Below, piece after piece: positions 21,607 to 30,004 of a DNA stretch of 64,000 nt. Source of the DNA: an uncultured Actinomycetes bacterium (GTDB taxonomy: Bacteria; Actinomycetota; Thermoleophilia; UBA2241); contig CAVYCN010000018.1 of assembly GCA_963767005.1 (NCBI GenBank), forward strand, positions 32,001 to 96,000, written 5' to 3'. The notes under the pieces were generated by a model that did no database searches, had not been told where the DNA came from, and saw nothing but the letters and a program-made list of their open reading frames with translations. The position numbers were made by a program, and so were the translations under genes. Each line of letters begins with the position of its first letter. Within the stretch, counting starts at the first letter, position 1.

Positions 21607-22466
21607 CGGAACTCGTGGTCCTCCTCGAGGCGCACGACGTGGCAGCCGGGGCAGCGCATGGTATAGGTGTGTCCGATCGCCACGTCGTGCGTCGCGCAGA
21701 AGTCGATCTGCACGCCGAGCACCTCGAGCTCGTCCTCGTCGCAGACCCCGCAGGGCGTGAGCACGACGTCGCCGAGAGCGTAGCTCTGTCGCAGCCGGGC
21801 CATGGCCTCGCGCGCCCCGGGGTGAAAGGCAAGATCGGCCTCGAGCTCGGCGCCGGTCGAGGCCACCGATTCGGGCGTCGCCGCGGCGACCTGGCCCGCC
21901 AGATAGGCGAGGCGGTAGCCGCGCCGCCGCAGCAGCTCCTGAAAGCGGCAGCCCGCCGCGCAGCGCTCGCCGGCCAGGGCGGCGGCGTGCAGGCGCAGCA
22001 CGTCGGCACTCGCCGCGAAGGCGCGCAGGTCGACCTCGTCGACGGGTTCCGGGCTGCGCGTCTTGGGCGGCCGCCCGCGCCGCCGCGGCTCGTGCTCGCG
22101 CACGAGGCCGAGCAGACCGATGTCGGGCGCCGTGCGCAGGGCCTCGCCCACCCGGTCGAGCCAGTCCGGCGCGAAGGCGAGATCGTCCTGCACACGCACG
22201 ATGATCTCGCCGCTCGCCATGGGAAAGGCCGTATCGATGCCGCAGTGGGCCATCTCGGGCTCGCGCGCTTCGAGGGCGACCGCCGCGACTTCGCCGCGCA
22301 GGTACTGCCGCGAGAGGTAGTCGAGGACGTCGTCGCGGTGCTGCGCGGCGAGCACGACCACCTCGGCGTCGCCGGGGATCGAGTCGTGCAGGCGGTGGAG
22401 GGCGGCGCGCAGCGCCGCGACGCCGTGCGTCGAGACCAGGGCCACGCTGACGGGGGTCTCGGGCAT
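21594..22466 (-). CDS. Hypothetical protein: GT2-like N-terminal fold plus C-terminal Cys/His metal-binding region
   Basis: Tightly packed between the protease gene and hypF; ASGEIIVRVQDDLAFAPDWL resembles the GT-A DxD region; CGVC...CATH...CPGCH. Confidence 0.7.
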   Translation of the reverse strand: MPETPVSVALVSTHGVAALRAALHRLHDSIPGDAEVVVLAAQHRDDVLDYLSRQYLRGEVAAVALEAREPEMAHCGIDTAFPMASGEIIVRVQDDLAFAPDWLDRVGEALRTAPDIGLLGLVREHEPRRRGRPPKTRSPEPVDEVDLRAFAASADVLRLHAAALAGERCAAGCRFQELLRRRGYRLAYLAGQVAAATPESVASTGAELEADLAFHPGAREAMARLRQSYALGDVVLTPCGVCDEDELEVLGVQIDFCATHDVAIGHTYTMRCPGCHVVRLEEDHEFRCPA

Positions 22467-22468
22467 GG

Positions 22469-22954
22469 TCAGGCGACGGGCGAGAGGCTCGGCGGACAGG
22501 CGCCGCTGGCGAGCTCCTCGCCGATCAGGGCGACCACGCGCTCGGCGGCCGCGGCCACTGGCGCCGAGAGCTCCTCGCCGAAGGTCTCGACGTCGACCGC
22601 CTCGACCGTGTAGACGACGACCTCGCCCGGCATGTCGTAGCCGAGCTGCTCGCCGAGCTCGAGCGCGGTGCCGAGGTGGATGCTGTGCGCCGAGCCGTAG
22701 CGATGGCCGCCGCGAAACGCGGCGGCGTCGACCCTGCCGATGGTGCCCGGCGCGGCGCCGCTGCGCAGGGCGTCGATAATGATCACCTTCGTGAAGCCGC
22801 GCACGAGCTCGAGCAGGCGAAGACCGCCGACCTCGCTCTCGGCGACCTCCACGTCGCTCGGCATGGGGAGCTCCCGAAGACGATGGGCCACGACTAAGCC
22901 GAGCCCGTCGTCGGAGAGGATCGGGTTCCCCATGCCGAGGACGAGGGTGGTCAT
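22469..22954 (-). CDS. Hydrogenase maturation protease (HyaD/HycI family)
   Basis: VLGMGNPILSDDGLG, IIIDA, SAH motifs. Confidence 0.94.
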   Translation of the reverse strand: MTTLVLGMGNPILSDDGLGLVVAHRLRELPMPSDVEVAESEVGGLRLLELVRGFTKVIIIDALRSGAAPGTIGRVDAAAFRGGHRYGSAHSIHLGTALELGEQLGYDMPGEVVVYTVEAVDVETFGEELSAPVAAAAERVVALIGEELASGACPPSLSPVA

Positions 22955-22957
22955 CTG

Positions 22958-24427
22958 CTACATGTTCCTCTTGGCCGTCGCGACGACCTCGCGGGTCGTC
23001 TCGCTGCGCACCGTGATCTCGAGCGGCATCTCGCCGGGCAGTGTGTGCGTGGCGCAGCCGAAGCAGGGATCGTAGGCGCGGAAGGCCATCTCGATCATGT
23101 TGAGCGTGCCTTCCTTGATCTCCTTGCCGCCGGTGAGGAGCCCCTCGGCCGCCTTCTTGAGCGACATCGAGATGGCGGCGTTGTTGTTGGTCGTGCCGAC
23201 GATCAGGTTGACGGCCGTGACCATGCCCTTCTCGTCGGTCTTGTAGTGATGGAAGAGCGTGCCGCGCGGCGCTTCGACCACGCCGACGCCCTCGCCGACG
23301 ATGCCCGTCGGGATGTTGCGCACGTCGGGACTGATGATGTCGGGGTCCTGCGCCAGCTCGTGGGCCCGCTCGGCCGCGTAGAGCAGCTCGACGAGGCGTG
23401 CCCAGTGGGTGGCGAGGGTGGCGTGCACCGGCTTGCCGCCGAGGGTCTCGTAGAAGCGCTCGTACTCGGCCTGGGCGAGCGGCGTCGCCATGCCGTCGGA
23501 GGCGTTCAGGCGGCTCAGCGGCGAGGCCCGGTACACACCCGAGTCCTTGCCGTCGACGAAGCCCTTCCAGCCGACCGACTTGAGGTACGGGTAGACCAGG
23601 TAGCTGTAGGGCTCGACGTGCTCGGCGAGGTGGGCGAGGTAGTCCTTGCCCTCGAACTTCTCGAGCTCGGTGCCGTCGGGGCCCACCACGCGGATCTGGC
23701 CGTCGTAGAAGTTGACCTTGTTGTTCTCGTCGACCATGCCCATGTAGTAGGTCTCGTGAGTGAAGGCGTCGCTTTTGATCAGGTCGACGTAGTCGCTGTT
23801 GCCGAGCACGACGTCGTTGAACAGGCCGATCGAGAACTTGGCGAACTCGACCTGCTCGGCCGTGACCTGCACCATGCGGTCACGCTGCTCGGCGGTGATC
23901 GCGTGGCTCACGCCGCCCGGCAGGCCCATCACCGGGTGGATCTGCTTGCCGCCGATCATGCTGATGAGCTCGGCCGCTTCGGCGCGCAGCTTGATCACGG
24001 CGCCGCCGGTCTCGAGGCCGACCTTGTTGATGACGCCCAGGATGTTGCGCTTGGCCGGGTCGGACTCGGGCCCCATGATGAAGTCGGGACCGGCCAGGAT
24101 GTAGAAGTGCGTGGTGTGGTCGGTCACGTAGAAGATGTTGTAGAGCAGCTCGCGTAGCTTGCGGCCGGCGGGCGCGACCTCGACGCCGAAGACGTTGTCG
24201 ATGGCCTTGGTGGCGGCCATGTGGTGCGCCTCGGGGCAGACGCCGCAGATGCGCGGCGTGATGCGCGCGAGCTCCTCGACGGGACGGCCCAGGCAGAAGC
24301 GCTCGAAGCCGCGCAGCTCGGGAATCTGAAAGTAGACGTTCTGGACCTTGTTGTCGTCGTCGACGAAGATCTCGATCTTGCCGTGACCCTCGAGCCGGGT
24401 GATGGGATCGACGCTTATCTTCTTCAT
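22958..24427 (-). CDS. mvhA: [NiFe]-hydrogenase large subunit, group 3c (MvhA)
   Basis: PITRLEGH, L1 RICGVC, L2 RAYDPCFGCATH with a cleavable C-terminal tail; hdr-mvh context. Confidence 0.94.
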   Translation of the reverse strand: MKKISVDPITRLEGHGKIEIFVDDDNKVQNVYFQIPELRGFERFCLGRPVEELARITPRICGVCPEAHHMAATKAIDNVFGVEVAPAGRKLRELLYNIFYVTDHTTHFYILAGPDFIMGPESDPAKRNILGVINKVGLETGGAVIKLRAEAAELISMIGGKQIHPVMGLPGGVSHAITAEQRDRMVQVTAEQVEFAKFSIGLFNDVVLGNSDYVDLIKSDAFTHETYYMGMVDENNKVNFYDGQIRVVGPDGTELEKFEGKDYLAHLAEHVEPYSYLVYPYLKSVGWKGFVDGKDSGVYRASPLSRLNASDGMATPLAQAEYERFYETLGGKPVHATLATHWARLVELLYAAERAHELAQDPDIISPDVRNIPTGIVGEGVGVVEAPRGTLFHHYKTDEKGMVTAVNLIVGTTNNNAAISMSLKKAAEGLLTGGKEIKEGTLNMIEMAFRAYDPCFGCATHTLPGEMPLEITVRSETTREVVATAKRNM

Positions 24428-25398
24428 CAGACTCTCGCCCTCCTGAGCAGCGAACTGGCGAGACCGAAACGGTAGAACGTGCCTACCGGATCGGGCACGG
24501 TGGCCGCGATGCGGGCGATCTCGTCGGGGTCGGGATCGTCGATGATCGACGCGAGCGTGCTCAGCATCTTGGCGCCCTGGTCGGTGACGCCCTCGGGCGG
24601 CCCGTAGCAGCCGCGACAGGGCATGCCGACGCTCGTGCAGCGCGACCCGCAGCCAGCCGCGGTGGCCGGGCCCATGCAGATGAGGCCCTGCTCGAGCAGG
24701 CACTTCTCGGTGTCGGGCAGGAACTCCCAGATGCGCTTGAAGCCGTGGATCTTCTTCTCTTCTTTCACGCGCTCGCACTCGTCGCAGCACGACTTGGGCG
24801 CCACGCCGATGGTCGCGCCCTTGGGCGGCAGCTCCGCCTTGCCCTGGAGCGCCGCCGTGACGACGTCGAGGACGCCGGCGATCTGGTGCGCCTCGGGCGG
24901 GCAGCCCGGCATGAAATAGTCGACCGGGACGGTCTGGTCGAGCGTCTTCACCGTGTCGTACATGTGGGGCAGGTCGAGCTCGCCCTCGGGCACCGTGTAG
25001 TGCTCCTGCGGGTAGACGCCCTCGGGGTTGTCGACCGACGGGTTCTGCGTGTAGACGAGGTCCTTGATCTCCTGTGCGCTCGCCACGTTGGCGAGGCCGG
25101 GGATGCCGCCCATCGTGGCGCAGGCGCCGAAGGCGACGAGCACCTTGCTCTTGGCGCGCAGCACCTTGGCGATGTGCTCGTTCTCGGAGTTGCGCACGCA
25201 GCCGTTGAAGAGGCAGACATCGATGTAGCCGTCGTCGTAGGCTTCGAGGTCCTTGTACTTGAAGTCGGCCGCGGCCGGCCAGAAGACCACGTCGTAGTTC
25301 TGGTCGACCTCGATGATCTTGTCCTTGATCTCGAGCAGGGCGATCTCGCAGCCGCCGCAGCTGCCCGCCCAGTACATGGCGAACTTGAACTTGCTCAT
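24427..25398 (-). CDS. mvhG: [NiFe]-hydrogenase small subunit MvhG
   Basis: SCGGCE, FGACA, PGCPP, CLLEQGLICMGP, PCRGCYG. Confidence 0.93.
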   Translation of the reverse strand: MSKFKFAMYWAGSCGGCEIALLEIKDKIIEVDQNYDVVFWPAAADFKYKDLEAYDDGYIDVCLFNGCVRNSENEHIAKVLRAKSKVLVAFGACATMGGIPGLANVASAQEIKDLVYTQNPSVDNPEGVYPQEHYTVPEGELDLPHMYDTVKTLDQTVPVDYFMPGCPPEAHQIAGVLDVVTAALQGKAELPPKGATIGVAPKSCCDECERVKEEKKIHGFKRIWEFLPDTEKCLLEQGLICMGPATAAGCGSRCTSVGMPCRGCYGPPEGVTDQGAKMLSTLASIIDDPDPDEIARIAATVPDPVGTFYRFGLASSLLRRARV

Positions 25399-25859
25399 GC
25401 CGGCACCGCCTCCGGGGCCACCTCGGCCGCCTCGTCTTTGAACTGACTGCCCCAGCCGAGCGGTCCGAGCGCGCGGATCTCCTCGACGAACTCGGTCACG
25501 ACGCGGGCGAACTTGTCGCCCTCGGCGGCCGAGACCCACTCGAGCCGCACGCGACCGTGCTCGAGGCCGAGCTGCTCGAGCAGCTTCTCGGTGAGCGGGA
25601 AGCGGCCCGCCGTGCGGTAGTTGCCGTTGATGTAGTGACAGTCGCCGGGATGGCAGCCGGCGATCATCACGCCGTCGGCGCCTTCGGCGAAGGCCTTCAT
25701 GATGTGGGTGGGGTCGACCCGGCCCGAGCAGTTGGTCTTGATCGGCACCATGTTGGGCGGGTACTTCATGCGGGCCGTGCCGGCGAGGTCGGCGCCGTTG
25801 TAGCTGCACCAACGGCACAGGAACCCGATGATGCGCGGTTCGAATCCGTTGTCACTCAC
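25395..25859 (-). CDS. mvhD: [2Fe-2S] hydrogenase/heterodisulfide reductase adaptor MvhD
   Basis: FLCRWCSYNGAD, CSGRVD, GCHPGDCHY, WVSAAEG. Confidence 0.95.
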   Translation of the reverse strand: MSDNGFEPRIIGFLCRWCSYNGADLAGTARMKYPPNMVPIKTNCSGRVDPTHIMKAFAEGADGVMIAGCHPGDCHYINGNYRTAGRFPLTEKLLEQLGLEHGRVRLEWVSAAEGDKFARVVTEFVEEIRALGPLGWGSQFKDEAAEVAPEAVPA

Positions 25860-25886
25860 TGTCGTCTCCTTATGGTCGCGACCCGC

Positions 25887-27869
25887 CTAGACGGCGAGCG
25901 CCCCTTCGATCTCGGCGAAGATCTGCTGGTCGAGGTAGCCGGCCTGCTGCGGCACGTTGGAGCCGCAGGCCGCGACGCAGACGCCGCAGCCCTTGCAGGC
26001 CGCCGTGATCACCTCGGCCGCATCCTTCTCTTCGTTGTACTGGATCGCGTTGTGCGGGCAGAGGCCCACGCAGATGTGGCAACCCGAGCACTTCTCGGGA
26101 TCGATGTAGGAGATCGTGGGTTCGACCTTGACGGTGTCGTTGTCGACCAGGGCCAGCACGCCGGCCGCCGCGGCGCCCGCCTGGGCGACCGTGTCGGGGA
26201 TGTCCTTGGGGTACTGGCAGCAGCCGGCGATGAAGATACCGTCGGTGACGGTGGCGACCGGCTCGAGCTTGGGGTGCCGCTCGAGGTAGAAGCCGTTGGA
26301 GCTGCAGCCGAAGCCGAAGACCTGCGAGACCTCTTTCGCGTCGTGCGCCGGCGAGAGACCGGAGGCGAGGATCACCATATCGGCCGGGATGCGCCGCACG
26401 ATGCCGAGCAGCGTGTCCTCGGTCTTGACGACCAGACGGCCCTCTTCTTCGGGCGAGAGGGCGACGTCGGTGACCTCGGCGGCGCGGCCGCGCACAAAGT
26501 TGACGCCCTCGTCCATGAGCCGCCGGTAGAACTCTTCGTAGTTCTTGCCGTAGCAGCGCATGTCGATGTAGAGCTCGTAGACGTCGGTCTCGGGCAGGTG
26601 CTCCTTGATCAGGTGCGAGAACTTCAGCGAGTACATGCAGCACACGCGCGAGCAGAACTCCTGGTAGTTCTGGTCGCGGCTGCCGACGCAGTGCAGGATG
26701 GCGACCGACTTGGGCGCCTCGCCGTTCTTGCAGACGATGTGGCCGCCGGTCGGGCCGCTGGCGTTGGAGATGCGCTCGAACTCGAGACTCGTGATGACGT
26801 TGTCGAGGCGGCCGTAGCCGTAGCGCGATTCCTGCGACGGATCCCAGAGCTCGAAGCCGGTAGCCATGATGATGGCGCCCACGTCGAGCTCGACGACCTC
26901 GTCCTTCTGCTCGAAGTCGATCGCCCCCGGACCGCAGGCCGGCACGCAGGACTGCTGCTTGCACTTGCCCTTGGACAGGGTGAGGCACTTCGTCGCGTCG
27001 ATCGTGGCGCGCAGCGGCACCGCCTGCGGGAACGGGATGTAGATCGCGCTGCGAAAGCCGAGACCCTGGTCGAACTCGCTCTTGACCTTGCGCACGACGC
27101 AGGCTTCCTGGCAGGCGCCGCAGCCGGTGCAGGTGTCGGTGTTCACGTAGCGCGCCTTCTTGCGCACCTTCACGGTGAAGTTGCCGACGTAGCCTTCGAC
27201 CTCTTCGACCTCGGAGTAGGCCATCAGCGTGATGTTGGGGTCTTTGCCGAGCGCCGACATCTTCGGCGTGAGGATGCAGGCGGCGCAGTCGAGGGTCGGG
27301 AAGGTCTTGTCGAACATCGCCATGTGGCCGCCGATCGAGGGGTTGCGCTCGACCAGGGTCACGTGCTTGCCGGTGGCCGACAGCTTGAGGGCGGCCTCGA
27401 TGCCGGCGATGCCGCCGCCCACCACGAGCACGTCGTGGTTGACCGGCACCTCGATGGGCTCGAGTGGCTGGTTGAAGGGCAGCCGGTGGATCTGGGCGCC
27501 CAGGATGCGCTTCGCCTTGGCGGTGGCCGCCGTCGGGTCGATCGTCACCCACGAGCAGTGCTCGCGGATGTTGGCCATCTGCAGCAGGTACGGGTTGAGG
27601 CCGCCGTCGGAGGCCGCCTTGCGGAAGGTGGGCTCGTGCATGGTCGGCGAGCAGGCCGCCACGACCGCGCGCGTGATGCCGAGCTCCTTGATGTCGTTCT
27701 TGATGAGGTCCTGGCCGGGGTCGGAGCACATGTACTTGTACTCGCGCGCGACGGCGACGTTGGGCTGAGTCGCCGCCCACTTGACGACGTCGTCGACGTC
27801 GACCTTGCCGGCGATGTTGGTGCCGCAGTGACAGACGTAGACGCCGATCTTCTCTTCAGCCATCGTCAT
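25887..27869 (-). CDS. hdrA: Heterodisulfide reductase subunit A (flavin-bifurcating)
   Basis: GVYVCHCG, NIREHCSW, GGGIAG, KTFPTLDCAACI, CSRVCCMY, two ferredoxin domains; start 27869 or 27863. Confidence 0.96.
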   Translation of the reverse strand: MTMAEEKIGVYVCHCGTNIAGKVDVDDVVKWAATQPNVAVAREYKYMCSDPGQDLIKNDIKELGITRAVVAACSPTMHEPTFRKAASDGGLNPYLLQMANIREHCSWVTIDPTAATAKAKRILGAQIHRLPFNQPLEPIEVPVNHDVLVVGGGIAGIEAALKLSATGKHVTLVERNPSIGGHMAMFDKTFPTLDCAACILTPKMSALGKDPNITLMAYSEVEEVEGYVGNFTVKVRKKARYVNTDTCTGCGACQEACVVRKVKSEFDQGLGFRSAIYIPFPQAVPLRATIDATKCLTLSKGKCKQQSCVPACGPGAIDFEQKDEVVELDVGAIIMATGFELWDPSQESRYGYGRLDNVITSLEFERISNASGPTGGHIVCKNGEAPKSVAILHCVGSRDQNYQEFCSRVCCMYSLKFSHLIKEHLPETDVYELYIDMRCYGKNYEEFYRRLMDEGVNFVRGRAAEVTDVALSPEEEGRLVVKTEDTLLGIVRRIPADMVILASGLSPAHDAKEVSQVFGFGCSSNGFYLERHPKLEPVATVTDGIFIAGCCQYPKDIPDTVAQAGAAAAGVLALVDNDTVKVEPTISYIDPEKCSGCHICVGLCPHNAIQYNEEKDAAEVITAACKGCGVCVAACGSNVPQQAGYLDQQIFAEIEGALAV

Positions 27870-27883
27870 CTCCTCCTCGCCGG

Positions 27884-28756
27884 TCACGCCGGGATCGCGG
27901 CGAGCACGCCGTCGCACGAGACGACCTGCTTGTCGATGGCGAGCTTCGTGGGTTCGACGCCGAACGCGAGGCCGGCGAGCTGCGTGAAGTACATCACCGG
28001 GATGTTGAAGCTGGTGTTGTAGGTGGCGTTCACGCGCGGCTGGTAGGCCTCGAGGTTCATCTCGCAGAGCGGGCAGGCGGCGACGATCACGTCGGCGCCC
28101 TTGTCGGCGGCCGACTTGAGCAGCTCGAAGCACATGTGCAGGGCGGCGTCCTCTTTGGTCATCATCATCATGCCGCCGCAGCACTTGACCTTGCTCGGGT
28201 AGTCGACGACGTCGGCGCCGAGGGCCTTGAAGAGAGCGTCCATCGTGGTCGGGAACTCGGGGTCGTCGAAGGCGCCCATGGGGCGCGAGTACTGACAGCC
28301 ATAGTAGGGGGCGACCTTGATGCCGGTGAGACGGCGCGTGACCTTGTTCTCGATGGCCTCGAGCCCGACGTCGTTGATCAGCACGTCCATGATGTGGCGC
28401 ACGTTCTTGGTGCCGTCGTAGCTGCGGCCCACGGCGCCGAGGGCGCCGTTGACGGCCTTGAAGACCTCGTCGCTCTCGTTCATGTAGCGGTTGGTCTTGG
28501 AGAGACTCGTGTAGCAGGCGTTGCAGATCGCGACGAGGTCTTCGTCGCCCTGCTGCTGGGCGATCGCCAGGTTGCGCGCGGCGATGGCGAACGAGTCGAG
28601 CTCGCGCACCGAGAAGTAGCTCGTGGCGCCGCAGCAGTTCCAGTCGTCGAGCTCGCGGAGCTCGATGCCGAGCTTGGCCATGAGCGCGCGGGTGGAGATG
28701 TCGTAGGCCTTGCCGGTGGCTTCGGCCGAGCAGCCCGGGTAGTAGAGGTATCTCAT
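27884..28756 (-). CDS. hdrB: Heterodisulfide reductase subunit B
   Basis: Two CCG domains (YYPGC...WNCCG...CNAC; YYGC...KCCG...CPLC). Confidence 0.95.
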   Translation of the reverse strand: MRYLYYPGCSAEATGKAYDISTRALMAKLGIELRELDDWNCCGATSYFSVRELDSFAIAARNLAIAQQQGDEDLVAICNACYTSLSKTNRYMNESDEVFKAVNGALGAVGRSYDGTKNVRHIMDVLINDVGLEAIENKVTRRLTGIKVAPYYGCQYSRPMGAFDDPEFPTTMDALFKALGADVVDYPSKVKCCGGMMMMTKEDAALHMCFELLKSAADKGADVIVAACPLCEMNLEAYQPRVNATYNTSFNIPVMYFTQLAGLAFGVEPTKLAIDKQVVSCDGVLAAIPA

Positions 28757-29355
28757 TGGACCTTGGCCTCCTGCGCCTTGACCTCTTCGGCCTCGAGATA
28801 GGCGGAGATCCTGGCGATCTCCTCGCGGCCGCGGATGTTCTTGGCGAAGAGCGGCAGGCGACCGCCGAAGAACAGCTTGGCGCCGACGCTCGTGAACTTG
28901 AGGGCCAGGCCGGGGTTCTTGGTCATGACGAACTTGCCGATGAGCTCGACCTCGTGGTTGCGGCCGTGCTTGCGGACGCTGTCGATGAAGTACTTGGTCA
29001 TGGCCGGGTTCTTGCTGGCGGGCGGCAGGATGTCGTACTTCATGCCGAGGCGCTTGAGCTCGTACATGAGGTCGGTGATCTTGATGCCGGCCGGACAGCG
29101 CACCGTGCAGTAGTAGCACGAGGTGCACAGCCAGATCGTGTTGCTCTTGAGCACCTTGTCGATCATGCCGGCCCGGAAGGCGGCGATCACCTCGCGCGGA
29201 CCGTAGTCCATGAGGTAGCTCGTCGGGCAGGAACCGGTGCAGGTGCCGCACTGCTGACAGATCTTGATCTTCTCGCCGGCGGGCATGCGCATGACGTCGT
29301 CGGTGAACGCCTTTTGCACCGCCCTGGCCTGTGGCGTGGTAGCTAGCTCCGTCAT
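28753..29355 (-). CDS. hdrC: Heterodisulfide reductase subunit C
   Basis: CQQCGTCTGSCP and WLCTSCYYCTVRCP 4Fe-4S motifs. Confidence 0.94.
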   Translation of the reverse strand: MTELATTPQARAVQKAFTDDVMRMPAGEKIKICQQCGTCTGSCPTSYLMDYGPREVIAAFRAGMIDKVLKSNTIWLCTSCYYCTVRCPAGIKITDLMYELKRLGMKYDILPPASKNPAMTKYFIDSVRKHGRNHEVELIGKFVMTKNPGLALKFTSVGAKLFFGGRLPLFAKNIRGREEIARISAYLEAEEVKAQEAKVQ

Positions 29356-29843
29356 TCTCCTCTCCAGATCATCACGTGGCTCCCCACGACTTGACGTCCG
29401 CCGCACCACCTTCGCTCGGATGGTCGCACGCGGACGCTTGCTGACTGGCCGGATGCCGAGGCTGGCTCCTCCCCGCCTCCGTCACGATCGTCGTGGCCGT
29501 CAAACGTCGGCCCGGTGTGGCGCCCTGGGACATTGGCCCAACCTTGTGAACCCAGGTGCAAGTGCCTGAAGTCTAGCAGAGCAGCGTGCGGCCTGCAGCC
29601 GCTCTCGGGCGTCCTCCATGGTCCGAACGTAGCACAGAACGGGACCCCGGTTCGCGGTCCAAGGTGTACAAAGCGGCCTCGCGCGGGACTGCCTTTTGTG
29701 CGCTTGCGGGCCACACTCGTGCTCGCGTGCGCGCGACAAGCCAACCCGCGCCGCCCGCCGCTTGGCTCAAGCGCCGCGCCCACCGGCCGATGATTGGCAC
29801 AAACGGCGCCGGTGACCTACAATCTGGCGACGTCCACTCGTGG

Positions 29844-29919
29844 GCCGACGTAGCTCAGCTGGCAGAGCACATCACTCGTAATGATGGGGTCCTCGGTTCG
29901 ATTCCGAGCGTCGGCTCCA
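29844..29919 (+). tRNA. tRNA-Thr(CGT)
   Basis: 76 nt; acceptor stem GCCGACG/CGTCGGC, anticodon arm CATCA-CT-CGT-AA-TGATG, TTCGA T-loop, encoded CCA. Confidence 0.97.
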
Positions 29920-29920
29920 A
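29875..29920 (+). repeat. attL core (3' part of tRNA-Thr)
   Basis: CTCGTAATGATGGGGTCCTCGGTTCGATTCCGAGCGTCGGCTCCAA, identical to 40435-40480. Confidence 0.93.
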
Positions 29921-30004
29921 CAAAATCGCTGGAAATCGCGGGTACGCCCCTCTGCCCCATCCCTACCAGGGATGCTCTTCTGCCAACATTCGCCAACACG
30001 ACCC

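Noticed and set aside
22958-27869. Selenocysteine recoding in MvhA, MvhD or HdrA
   Set aside because: All relevant positions are Cys codons; no in-frame TGA
29544-29561. Possible Rex operator upstream of hdrC (TTGTGAACCCAGGTGCAA)
   Set aside because: Only one half-site matches TTGTGAA-N4-TTCACAA; too weak to call
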